Source of the DNA: a virus
Taxonomy: Duplodnaviria; Caudoviricetes
Strand: one strand, 5' to 3'
IMG/VR virus record: IMGVR_UViG_2799112443_000002
Span: 1,254 to 65,253 of that record
Length of the DNA: 64,000 nucleotides
Positions 56,383-64,000 of the stretch are shown here, piece after piece. The stretch's first letter is position 1. Each line of letters begins with the position of its first letter. Below the pieces are notes generated by a model that made no database searches, had not been told where the DNA came from, and saw only the letters and a list, made by a program, of their open reading frames with translations. Made by a program: the position numbers and the translations under genes.

Positions 56383-56883
56383 TCAGTTCCCCCACTTTCC
56401 AAGATTATACGGGCAAAGGAACTGCCCTTTGTAATCTTCAAGCGGGAGAATCACTGTAAGTAACTGGAATAACCCGCAGCTTTCACAATCCGTATCGTCC
56501 AGTGTACAATCCTTGCACGTTGCTCTCGCGTAATCCACAAGTTCCCGAAACTCTTCCTTCTGCATCACAACGTTCGTGGTGCTCGGCGTAGCTTTCGGTG
56601 TCAGTCGCATTTCAAAATCCATCGCCGTGTTCTGAAGCTGCTTTCTCTGATTCAGCGGGATCGTCCGCCTGATCTCATTCAGCAGTTCATCCGACTTGTC
56701 AGCAAGTTCCTTCATTCTTTCAGAACCGTTCACCACCATTTCAAGACGATCTGAAAGTTCTTCCCGCAGGTCACTCAGAACAGTCGCGGCATAGGACATC
56801 AGAATCATGCTCATCTTCTCTGAACGGGTAAGCTTCACCGCATCGTCATTCGACGGTTCCCTGAGTTTTTTCACAATCACCAT
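56383..56883 (-). CDS. Hypothetical protein
   Basis: ORF track; C-terminal Cys cluster. Confidence 0.6.
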   Translation of the reverse strand: MVIVKKLREPSNDDAVKLTRSEKMSMILMSYAATVLSDLREELSDRLEMVVNGSERMKELADKSDELLNEIRRTIPLNQRKQLQNTAMDFEMRLTPKATPSTTNVVMQKEEFRELVDYARATCKDCTLDDTDCESCGLFQLLTVILPLEDYKGQFLCPYNLGKWGN

Positions 56884-57401
56884 CCGTAATCACCTACCCA
56901 TTCCAAGTAATCTGTCATGACATACCCATAATTTGTCATGCACCATTCACTGCTGTAGATCGTGATGGTCACTTCCGTCATCGGCTTCAGCCAGGTTCTC
57001 ACCTTCCCGCCGATTCCTTTCCTTGCCGCCAGCCGTCCGTTGCTGACGACAATGGCTTTCTGGTTCATCCGGACTGGTTCGTCGTACACAATATGCTGTG
57101 CGCTGATCCATCCTTCTGTTTCCTCTGCCGGAACATTAATGACGTGAATGTATCCGTTCTTTTCCTTCCCGTCTGTTTCAAGTTTGGTCCCGAGAATCGA
57201 TCCGCCGAAACCGTCTGAAGTTTTCTTTGGCTTTTCCCGGATGCAGACGTACGATTCCGGATCGCACATCACCCAGCAGTCCTCCGCCAGGCCAATATCA
57301 GTCAGTAAGAGTAATACGCCGACCACGATTAGTGATATAATAAAGAATTCAAAAAGTGCAATGAGCAGCCTACCCTTGTTAGACCGGGAAAAAATTTTCA
57401 T
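56877..57401 (-). CDS. Membrane-anchored SH3-domain protein
   Basis: N-terminal TM, then two SH3b-like repeats (YVCIRE...GWISA; LAARK...GYVMT). Confidence 0.6.
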   Translation of the reverse strand: MKIFSRSNKGRLLIALFEFFIISLIVVGVLLLLTDIGLAEDCWVMCDPESYVCIREKPKKTSDGFGGSILGTKLETDGKEKNGYIHVINVPAEETEGWISAQHIVYDEPVRMNQKAIVVSNGRLAARKGIGGKVRTWLKPMTEVTITIYSSEWCMTNYGYVMTDYLEWVGDYGW

Positions 57402-57422
57402 CGTAAATAGCTCCTCATATTT

Positions 57423-57902
57423 TCATGCTTCATTTTCCTGGAGAATCTCAAGTGCTTTTTCAATTTCTACTTTCGCCCCTGTCCATTCAAGAACATTCCT
57501 ATATTTGCCCATGTAGCTATTCAATTCTTTCTGCGCCTGCTCACGCAATGCGTCTCTTCCGTTCTGTGTGCGAATTAACACCGCTGTGCTTTCATACTGT
57601 GAATTGTCTACCTGGGCCACTTTGAAAAAAGCACGGATTGGTTCTTTTTCCTTTAAACTGGTTTCTTCCGGAATCATCAGAAGGCTGTTAATCATGCATC
57701 TGCCCTGCTGTTTCCGCCAGTTCTCTGCTGCCTTTGTATCGTCCCATTCAAAGTCATCATGAAGAGGTGCATTCTTCGGACGACTGACTTCAACCAGGTT
57801 TTCAGCGTTCAACTGTCCTGTTTTTGCAAGCTTGTTCATAACCTTCGCAGCTTTTTCCGGATCGGCTTTAAAGTTGTATCCAATCCGCCATTTGTAAACC
57901 AT
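57423..57902 (-). CDS. Conserved hypothetical protein directly downstream of the pentamer array (159 aa)
   Basis: AAAGGAGG RBS before ATG 57902; MVYKW...SRPKNAPLHDDFEWDD..AAENWR. The longer track ORF reads through the array. Confidence 0.75.
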   Translation of the reverse strand: MVYKWRIGYNFKADPEKAAKVMNKLAKTGQLNAENLVEVSRPKNAPLHDDFEWDDTKAAENWRKQQGRCMINSLLMIPEETSLKEKEPIRAFFKVAQVDNSQYESTAVLIRTQNGRDALREQAQKELNSYMGKYRNVLEWTGAKVEIEKALEILQENEA

Positions 57903-57934
57903 TCCATTTCCTCCTTTATTCTTGTGAATCCACA

Positions 57935-58778
57935 CCTGCCACGCCATTCCTTGCCTTACCGGTCCGCGCCTCGCCAATCCGGGCCACGCCCTTCCTAACC
58001 ACACCATTCCTCGCCCCGCCTGCCATGCCTTACCTTGCCCCACCGGTCCACGCCATGCCCAACCCGACCGAACCTCGCCAGCCATTCCACGCCTTACCAA
58101 GCCTCGCCCATCCACACCGAACCTGTCCGCTCCTCGCCGTGCCCCACCTCGCCTCGCCTGCCTTGCCTCGCCAATCCATGCCACGCCAATCCTCACCCAG
58201 CCCGGACATACCGTGCCTTGCCTGCCATACCTTACCGCTCCTGTCCGCTCCATACCATACCACGCCACGCCTTTCCATTCCCCGCCTGCCAAACCTTGCC
58301 TAACCGTACCTATCCCGACCTTGACCCGCCGTACCAAGCCATTCCACGCATTGCCATTCCTGCCATTCCACGCCAAGCCTTACCTATCCTGACCGTTCCA
58401 AGCCACGCCTCTCCATGCAGGACCTTACCTTGCCTGCCATGCCACACCTTACCTATCCTCGCCCATCCACACCGCACCTGTCCGCTCCTCGCCGTGCCCC
58501 GCCTCGCCTGCCAAGCCAAGCCATACCGTGCCCAAACGCACCATTCCTCGCCCGACCGAGCCATGCCCTGCCTGCCATACCTCGCCAGTCCAAGCCAAAC
58601 CCGTCCGCTCCGCGCCCGACCTCGCCTTGCCATGCCTGCCACACCAAACCTATCCAGTCCACACCTGACCTAACCTTGCCAGACCGAACCCTGCCTTGCC
58701 CCACCAAGCCTGCCAAGCCGTACCGCGCCTTGCCAATCCGCACCCAACCTTTCCGTACCACGCCCCGCCACGCCTGCC
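57935..58778 (-). ncRNA. GGH-NN pentamer array, 12 units separated by GGCA(GG); putative guide-RNA array
   Basis: 158 pentamers, 153 starting GGC/GGT/GGA; unit lengths are all 5n+4. Confidence 0.85.
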
Positions 58779-58832
58779 TCGACGGAGGAAGGAGAAGAAA
58801 TCCCCTTCCTCCAGCCTGCCACGATTGTTGAA

Positions 58833-59531
58833 TTAACCTTCAACTTCAGTCTTGCTTTCAACGGCGAAAGTGCCAAAACTTCCATCTTTTTCCGGTCGCC
58901 ATTCGCCAACACCCCCACAGAAACCACTCAGATTAATGAGGTTGATAATCTGTTCCAGGCTAATCGCGCCGCCCTTGTTATAACGGATGCGAAGATCAGC
59001 ATACCAGTCATCGAACTGTGCCCTATGTCGGATATCGGCGGCTTTTGATATTCCGCCAACACGAACCATATCCTCGCGGATATGTGGTACACTTCCCTTG
59101 ATTTCAACCAACTGATCTGGTCCTTCACCTTCAATAAAGAAGGAAGCACGGATTTGTGTGCCTTTCAGATCAAGTCCATTCCGGCTGGCTGCCATAATCG
59201 CTGCTTGTTTAAATGCTGTGGCCGGGAATCCCCATCTGGCTCCGTTCTTCACGGCTTCTTCAAAATTGGCAATGCACTCTTCGTCAGTTTCTCCGGTCGG
59301 TTCCGGCGTCAGCCAGTAAGCGGAATTGATGAAGTCACGGGCCGGGATCTTTTTCTCACGCTTGGAGTCCACCTTGGTTTCCTGGGTCTGTGTATCCAGG
59401 ATCATCTTCTTTGCCTTTTCAGACCACTTGTGGCTGATCAACGGGGCGGTTCCACGAATCCGTACGTCAACTGTCCGGATGTCAAAAGATTTGATTTCTA
59501 CAACTTCCTGCGCATTCTTCTTAGTAGCCAT
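58833..59531 (-). CDS. RAMP/Cas7-like RNA-binding protein (Vipr-like)
   Basis: IRGTAPLISH first strand, GFPATAFKQA helix, C-terminal Gly-rich loop GFCGGVGEWRPEKDGSFGTF; GAAAGGA RBS before ATG 59531. Confidence 0.75.
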   Translation of the reverse strand: MATKKNAQEVVEIKSFDIRTVDVRIRGTAPLISHKWSEKAKKMILDTQTQETKVDSKREKKIPARDFINSAYWLTPEPTGETDEECIANFEEAVKNGARWGFPATAFKQAAIMAASRNGLDLKGTQIRASFFIEGEGPDQLVEIKGSVPHIREDMVRVGGISKAADIRHRAQFDDWYADLRIRYNKGGAISLEQIINLINLSGFCGGVGEWRPEKDGSFGTFAVESKTEVEG

Positions 59532-59650
59532 TTCAATTTCCTTTCTCCGCATATGCGGCCTTGATTTATTTTCTTTTTTGATTTACAATGAACATACTGT
59601 ATCACCTCTGGAACCGTCTGACCTCGCACGTCAGCGGTTCTTTCTTTTTG

Positions 59651-59932
59651 TCACAAGCAATCACATACACCCCTTTCAATCAGTTCTTTCATTTGGTCAT
59701 ATGTCCATGGCCATTTCACAATTGGGATCTGGCCTTTGACCCAGTTGATAAACGCAAGTCTCGGAATCTTATAGGAATGTCCAATCTTTGTAATCATGAA
59801 TCCGAGATACTTTGGATTCTTTGCCGCTTCATCTCTGACTAATTGAGGATCGCATCCAATGAATTCCGAAACCTGCTTGACTGTCAGCATATTGCAATCC
59901 ATTGCTTCAAGCTCTGCCAACGTCATTTCCAA
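59651..59932 (-). CDS. Excisionase-like HTH protein
   Basis: LTVKQVSEFIGCDPQLVR...YKIPRLAFINW. Confidence 0.7.
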   Translation of the reverse strand: MEMTLAELEAMDCNMLTVKQVSEFIGCDPQLVRDEAAKNPKYLGFMITKIGHSYKIPRLAFINWVKGQIPIVKWPWTYDQMKELIERGVCDCL

Positions 59933-60324
59933 TCTCCTTCCGGCGATTGATATCCGCCGTTCTCGTTAAACATTTTGAAGATTTCAGCTGTAGTACAAAT
60001 GTTCGGCTTCGGCATCCGCACTTCAACTTTTCCATCCAGTCTATTCCGAATCCGATCCTTCAAAACAAACCAGTCCGCAACAGCTTCATCGCTCATATCC
60101 CCTGTCAAAACCATCATGGTTGCGGAGTCTTTGAAGAAATCCTGACCAGATTCCAGTTTTTCTCCACTGATTTCAAACAGTGCGTCTGCCAGCTGACCTG
60201 CAATCTCATCTGCCCATGACCAGCACTTACCATCAACCAACAGTTTGTTCATGTTCTCTGCTAACCGGATCGATGCACGCGCTGCTTTAACTACACACAA
60301 TAATGCGTCTCTCTGAATATCCAT
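59923..60324 (-). CDS. Hypothetical protein
   Basis: ORF track; AAAGGAG RBS. Confidence 0.6.
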   Translation of the reverse strand: MDIQRDALLCVVKAARASIRLAENMNKLLVDGKCWSWADEIAGQLADALFEISGEKLESGQDFFKDSATMMVLTGDMSDEAVADWFVLKDRIRNRLDGKVEVRMPKPNICTTAEIFKMFNENGGYQSPEGDWK

Positions 60325-60341
60325 AACATTTCTCCTTTAGC

Positions 60342-60566
60342 TTATCTCGTTTCGTTATTGCCTTCTGCAAAAAAAAGATCTCCAACCGTTGTTCCAAAGA
60401 AATCCGCCAGGATAACTTTATTCTGATCGCTTGGGGCTCTTTCCCCATATTCATAAGAGCAAAGCGTCCGGTAATTAATTTTAGTTTTCTTTGCAACAAA
60501 TCGTTTTGTCATTCCACGCTCTTCCCGCATGGACTTTAAACGCTCTCCGATTTTTTCCTTAGTCAT
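60342..60566 (-). CDS. Cro-like XRE HTH regulator
   Basis: RLKSMREERGMTKRFVAKKTKINYRTLCSYEYGERAP; divergent from the repressor. Confidence 0.85.
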   Translation of the reverse strand: MTKEKIGERLKSMREERGMTKRFVAKKTKINYRTLCSYEYGERAPSDQNKVILADFFGTTVGDLFFAEGNNETR

Positions 60567-60734
60567 TGTTTGTGTCTCACCTCCTGTGCATTATATTATC
60601 ACTTTTCACGATAAAATCAATATGATTCGAGATTAATTTATTATTACAAAAATATGTTGACTTTGTAATACTTTGTGTGATAACATTATTTACGGTTAAC
60701 ACGCATTGTGGTAACATTAGAAAGGAGAATAATA
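60567..60734. promoter_or_regulatory. Lysis-lysogeny switch intergenic region with divergent promoters
   Basis: TTGACT...TGaTAACAT on +; TTGATT...TGaTAATAT on -; inverted repeat ATTACAAA-N10-TTTGTAAT. Confidence 0.55.
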
Positions 60735-61085
60735 ATGACATTCGGAGAAAAACTCAGAAATTTAAGGCAGTCCAGGTTTATTTCCCAGCAAAAACTTGCC
60801 GATGCTATTGGTCTGAGTCAAGCGGCAATCGCCAGTTATGAGACTGGTGTCAGAGAGCCTGCTTTCAGCGTCATTGAGAAATTTGCAAAATATTTTAATG
60901 TTCCTTTTTCATCTTTAACACCTTCTAACATAGAATCAGATGATGATTTTCTGATTCGGCTGAGTGAAAGCCTGCAAACAAATCCGAAGCTAAAGGATTT
61001 GTTTAAAATTTCAATGACACTTGATAATGATAAAATCGATACATTACTTGTTGTTGCAAAATCTCTGGATATAAAGGCTGAATAA
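60735..61085 (+). CDS. CI-like repressor (XRE HTH)
   Basis: FGEKLRNLRQSRFISQQKLADAIGLSQAAIASYETGVREP; no S24 peptidase domain. Confidence 0.85.
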   Translation: MTFGEKLRNLRQSRFISQQKLADAIGLSQAAIASYETGVREPAFSVIEKFAKYFNVPFSSLTPSNIESDDDFLIRLSESLQTNPKLKDLFKISMTLDNDKIDTLLVVAKSLDIKAE

Positions 61086-61090
61086 TAATT

Positions 61091-62263
61091 ATGGGTGAAA
61101 ACAAACGCAAACCAAAGTCCCGTGGCAATGGGCAAGGTACGGCATATCGACGACCTGGGCAAACTGAATGGACCGTGGAAGTTGTCGTTGGCTGGAAATA
61201 CGTGGACGGAGATCCGACAAGGCCAAAGCGTCCTGTTAGAAAAACAAAGGGCGGTTTTAAAACAAAAAAAGATGCACTTGCCTATGCACCGACTCTGTTG
61301 TTGCAAGGAGATAAACGTGTCCGCATGTCCATGGAAGAAGTATGGCTTGCCTGGAAGACATTCTATTCTTCCAGAATCATACCTTCTACCATGGATGGGT
61401 ACTACTATGCCTACAAGCATTTTGCTCCACTTCATGGCACATACATGGATCTTATAACAGCAGATGATTTGCAGAAATGCATGGATGATTGCCAGTCCGG
61501 GAAACGCACACATGAAAACATGCGGTGCATTGCAAACCTCTTGTGGAAATATGCCATTGATAAGAACATTATAGACCGAAATGTTGCAGCAAACCTCTTC
61601 ACAGGTAAAGGTGTGTCAGTTCAGCGGGAAGCACTTACAGATCAGGAAGAAGCAGCTATAAAATCTGCTATTGGAAATGAACGTTATGCGGAATATGTTT
61701 ACTGCCTTTGCTGGCTTGGATACCGCCCTGGCGAAATGCTTCAGCTTCGAAAGGATCAGCTGTTCTGTGCACCGGTAAAGACAGAAGATGAAACACTAAA
61801 CATATGGTATTTTGTTAACGGGAAAAAGACAGATGCAGGGCGTGACCGGATTGTTATTGTGCCGGATGAAATTCTCCAGTTTATTCTGGAACGTTTGTAT
61901 ATTCCCGGAACGGATCTTATCTTTCCACAGTACCAATTTAACAGAAAAAAAGAACCAACGTTTGTTGGCTTTAAAGAAATGACTGATGCATACTTCCGTG
62001 TTGAGATTTTCAAACCGATGATGGCAAGACTCGGAATTGCATCCGGAAAAGTTCCGTATGCCGGGCGGCATTCCTATGCAGATAAACTAAAATCTGCATC
62101 CGGAGCTGAAAAAGATAAAGCCGCATTGATCGGTCATAGCAACTATCTGTTCACGCAAAACAAGTATCAAAGCACCCACTTAAAAGACCTTTACGACCTC
62201 GTAAACAGCTTTTCTACTCCCATCTTACTCCCATCATCAAACGCTGAAACCGTTGAAAAATAA
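61091..62263 (+). CDS. int: Tyrosine integrase
   Basis: Arm-binding N-terminus (RGNGQGT), GYRPGEM catalytic Arg, YAGRHSY, IGH, KY catalytic Tyr. Confidence 0.92.
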   Translation: MGENKRKPKSRGNGQGTAYRRPGQTEWTVEVVVGWKYVDGDPTRPKRPVRKTKGGFKTKKDALAYAPTLLLQGDKRVRMSMEEVWLAWKTFYSSRIIPSTMDGYYYAYKHFAPLHGTYMDLITADDLQKCMDDCQSGKRTHENMRCIANLLWKYAIDKNIIDRNVAANLFTGKGVSVQREALTDQEEAAIKSAIGNERYAEYVYCLCWLGYRPGEMLQLRKDQLFCAPVKTEDETLNIWYFVNGKKTDAGRDRIVIVPDEILQFILERLYIPGTDLIFPQYQFNRKKEPTFVGFKEMTDAYFRVEIFKPMMARLGIASGKVPYAGRHSYADKLKSASGAEKDKAALIGHSNYLFTQNKYQSTHLKDLYDLVNSFSTPILLPSSNAETVEK

Positions 62264-62274
62264 GGCTTGCACTT

Positions 62275-62321
62275 TTGAATGGGGTTCAAGAGGCCGGAGG
62301 TTCGAATCCTCTCACCCAGAC
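62275..62321 (+). other. attP core: 3' half of tRNA-Pro(GGG)
   Basis: TTGA-ATGGGGT-TCAAG anticodon arm, GGAGG-TTCGAAT-CCTCT T-arm, acceptor 3' strand; no 5' half or D-arm upstream. Confidence 0.85.
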
Positions 62322-62322
62322 T

Positions 62323-62359
62323 TCCCGGAAGCCAATAAAATCAAGGCTTCCGGGATTTT
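62323..62359 (+). terminator. Terminator after the att core
   Basis: TCCCGGAAGCC/GGCTTCCGGGA stem followed by T6. Confidence 0.7.
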
Positions 62360-62502
62360 TTGTTCCGTGATATATTTATAACGTAACATGATAAATGGCG
62401 ATAAATTGTGTTCTACTCCCATCACTACTCCCATCATTATTTGCAAAAAGGAAACCGCCGATGATGCGGGCATCTCCGGCGGCGGACGTTTCCGTCCTGA
62501 TA

Positions 62503-62787
62503 TCATATGTGTTTGAAAAGTTCTTCTTTCCTTTTTCGGACAACCTTCTTGATCTGGTCAATGCTTAATCCGTACTTCGGAGCGTTCAGTTCCCGTGACA
62601 TCTGGTCAAGCCGTCTTTGCATCCTCTCATAAGTGATACCATCGAACAGATACATCCGCAGGATGTGCCTGTCTCTTTCAGCATTCCGTCCGAGGATCCA
62701 TTGGTCAATCGCATGGTCGTACTGATCCCGGTTCAGACGTTTGTTATGAACAGCAAGCACAGCATGAGCATGAATGCGGTGAACCAC
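62503..62787 (-). CDS. Sigma-70 region 4-like HTH protein; start uncertain
   Basis: RDRHILRMYLFDGITYE...IKKVV pattern; no clear RBS at the track start. Confidence 0.5.
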   Translation of the reverse strand: MVHRIHAHAVLAVHNKRLNRDQYDHAIDQWILGRNAERDRHILRMYLFDGITYERMQRRLDQMSRELNAPKYGLSIDQIKKVVRKRKEELFKHI

Positions 62788-62909
62788 CGGTCGCTTTGGA
62801 TCTCAATCCGTGTCATCTCCCGCTCATGCTGGGCTGCTGTATAGTTCATTTTCTCCGCCATGTGGTATTCCTCCCATCACATCATAGGATAAGAATACCA
62901 CATATCGCT

Positions 62910-63335
62910 TTATTCTTCAACCGGAGCTGTTTTCTTTTTGTCGTCCAGATGCCGGAAAGTAAGTTCGTAGGCACCCATCGCCGCCAGGGCAACGATCACC
63001 GCATTGATTGCAGCTAGGCCGGCATTGCTCCAGGTCAGACCAACAGTGAACTGTGTCGCAACCAGCATGATGATCAGGGCAATCACATACGCAATAATTC
63101 TGGTCGGAATCTTCCAGACCTTATCCATCGGCAGTTTCAGCAGTTGAACAATCAGCAGCGTTGCTGTCGTGGCACCGGCGATGGTAGCCAGCTGTTCCCA
63201 GGAGAACGGCTCAACGGGCAGTTCATTCGTAACCACCGGTTCTCCGGTCACGGGGGCAACTTCTTCAGCCATCGCCATTCCGCAAAACAAAGCACAGATC
63301 ATGATGGCACCGAGCATACATAGAATCTTTTTCAT
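62910..63335 (-). CDS. Holin-like membrane protein
   Basis: Signal-like N-terminus plus three hydrophobic segments and a basic C-terminus. Confidence 0.7.
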   Translation of the reverse strand: MKKILCMLGAIMICALFCGMAMAEEVAPVTGEPVVTNELPVEPFSWEQLATIAGATTATLLIVQLLKLPMDKVWKIPTRIIAYVIALIIMLVATQFTVGLTWSNAGLAAINAVIVALAAMGAYELTFRHLDDKKKTAPVEE

Positions 63336-63853
63336 ATTTTCCAGTCCTCCTCGTTATACTTTCTGTCGATCAGGTAATTCTTCATAACACCGTCGACCTT
63401 CTTAACCTTGTCTACGCTGTTGCCGGTTGATATGTGACTCAGCAGGGCGGACATTCCGTGGAGTAACGCCTTTGTGTCATTGTCCAGCCGGTCCACCCGC
63501 TCTTCCTGTGCGTTCAGCTGGCGTGTATGCATCTCAATTGTTTCCTTGTCTGCCGCAAGTTTCCTGTCAATCTCAGCAAACTTTTCATTAAAGTTTTTTT
63601 CGAATGATTTAAACTTCTCGTCAATCTGAGTCTTGATGTTTTCCGTTACCTTGGTTGCAATCTTGTCTGTGATGCCTTCGCCTTGAAGTTCTTTCTTTTC
63701 TTTGTTCTTCCGGATCTCATCCTTAATCAGCACGACACCCTTGAACACAGCTACAAAAACACCAAACAAAACCAACAGAACAATAATCGCGTTCCAAATG
63801 TCTGTCGGAAGCAGACCTTCCAACAGCATTTTCTTTTCTTCCATTGTGCTCAC
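63332..63853 (-). CDS. Lysis-cassette membrane protein (TM plus coiled coil)
   Basis: IIVLLVLFGVFVAVF followed by coiled coil; between endolysin and holin. Confidence 0.65.
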   Translation of the reverse strand: MSTMEEKKMLLEGLLPTDIWNAIIVLLVLFGVFVAVFKGVVLIKDEIRKNKEKKELQGEGITDKIATKVTENIKTQIDEKFKSFEKNFNEKFAEIDRKLAADKETIEMHTRQLNAQEERVDRLDNDTKALLHGMSALLSHISTGNSVDKVKKVDGVMKNYLIDRKYNEEDWKI

Positions 63854-63856
63854 CCC

Positions 63857-64000
63857 TTACTCTTTAATCACTTCTGCGTTTGCATACTGTGCTTTCAGGG
63901 TGTCAGCTTGATCTTTTGTCAGATGCCTGATCGTAACGGTATACAGCGTTTCAGATGGTTCCGGACCAACAGCCTGGTCAAGGGCTCCCCAGGTCATCGG
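63857..64000 (-). CDS. C-terminus of endolysin (peptidoglycan-binding region); runs off the right edge
   Basis: PMTWGAL...YTVTIRHLTKDQADTLKAQY...*; GPxTWxAL is the end of a PG-binding domain. Confidence 0.6.
   Translation of the reverse strand, partial: PMTWGALDQAVGPEPSETLYTVTIRHLTKDQADTLKAQYANAEVIKE

Larger units (their letters stand above)
62215..62435. repeat. Integrase arm-type sites TACTCCCATC x4 flanking the att core
   Basis: 62215-62224, 62226-62235, 62414-62423, 62426-62435. Confidence 0.75.

Noticed and set aside
57935-58778. Conventional CRISPR array
   Set aside because: No 23-50 nt direct repeats with unique spacers and no cas1/cas2; the constant part is only a triplet and a GGCAGG junction.
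57935-58778. NN strings read as first-two-codon-position peptides look protein-like (e.g. U8 G-I-K-V-V-I-I-A-H/Q-A-K-I)
   Set aside because: Any dinucleotide string can be read this way, so it is not evidence. Spot checks for gapped self-targets in this window found none, but were not exhaustive.
57903-58927. Several overlapping ORFs on both strands across the pentamer array (Arg/Gly/Trp- or Pro/Cys-rich)
   Set aside because: A 5-nt period rarely produces stops, so open frames are expected. No RBSs, and the 5n+4 unit structure is not codon-compatible.
62260-62325. Complete tRNA-Pro gene
   Set aside because: 5' acceptor strand and D-arm are absent; treated as att core.
62736-62861. 42-aa membrane ORF (MAEKMNY...LLFITNV*) ending inside the HTH-like ORF, possibly a deletion junction
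   Set aside because: Cannot distinguish a deletion from a normal short gene without homologue alignment; not called.

Overview
The window is most of a temperate long-tailed (siphovirus-like) phage genome. The host is probably Bacillota/Clostridia, inferred from AGGAGG RBSs, sigmaA-type promoters and gene content. It appears to be in the excised/circular form: an attP-like site (3' half of tRNA-Pro(GGG) plus integrase arm repeats, ~62.2-62.4 kb) has phage genes on both sides. Order along the window: accessory cassette and second regulatory switch (1-4.4 kb); tail and fibre genes (4.4-19.5 kb); head genes interleaved with three glycosyltransferases (19.5-27.4 kb); terminase large subunit with a class-3 intein (27.7-30.4 kb); a decamer satellite (33.1-33.5 kb); a + strand early island whose genes are preceded by a repeated, covarying stem-loop element (33.7-39.2 kb); terminase small subunit, origin-like repeats, replication/recombination genes (39.6-57 kb); CI/Cro switch, integrase, attP and lysis genes (59.6-64 kb). 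The standout is at 57.4-59.6 kb: a RAMP/Cas7-like gene is followed directly by an ~840-nt non-coding array of 158 GGH-NN pentamers, cut into 12 units by a GGCAGG junction. This looks like a compact RNA-guided system whose information lies in the variable dinucleotides. All family assignments are from motif recognition by eye; no database search was run.
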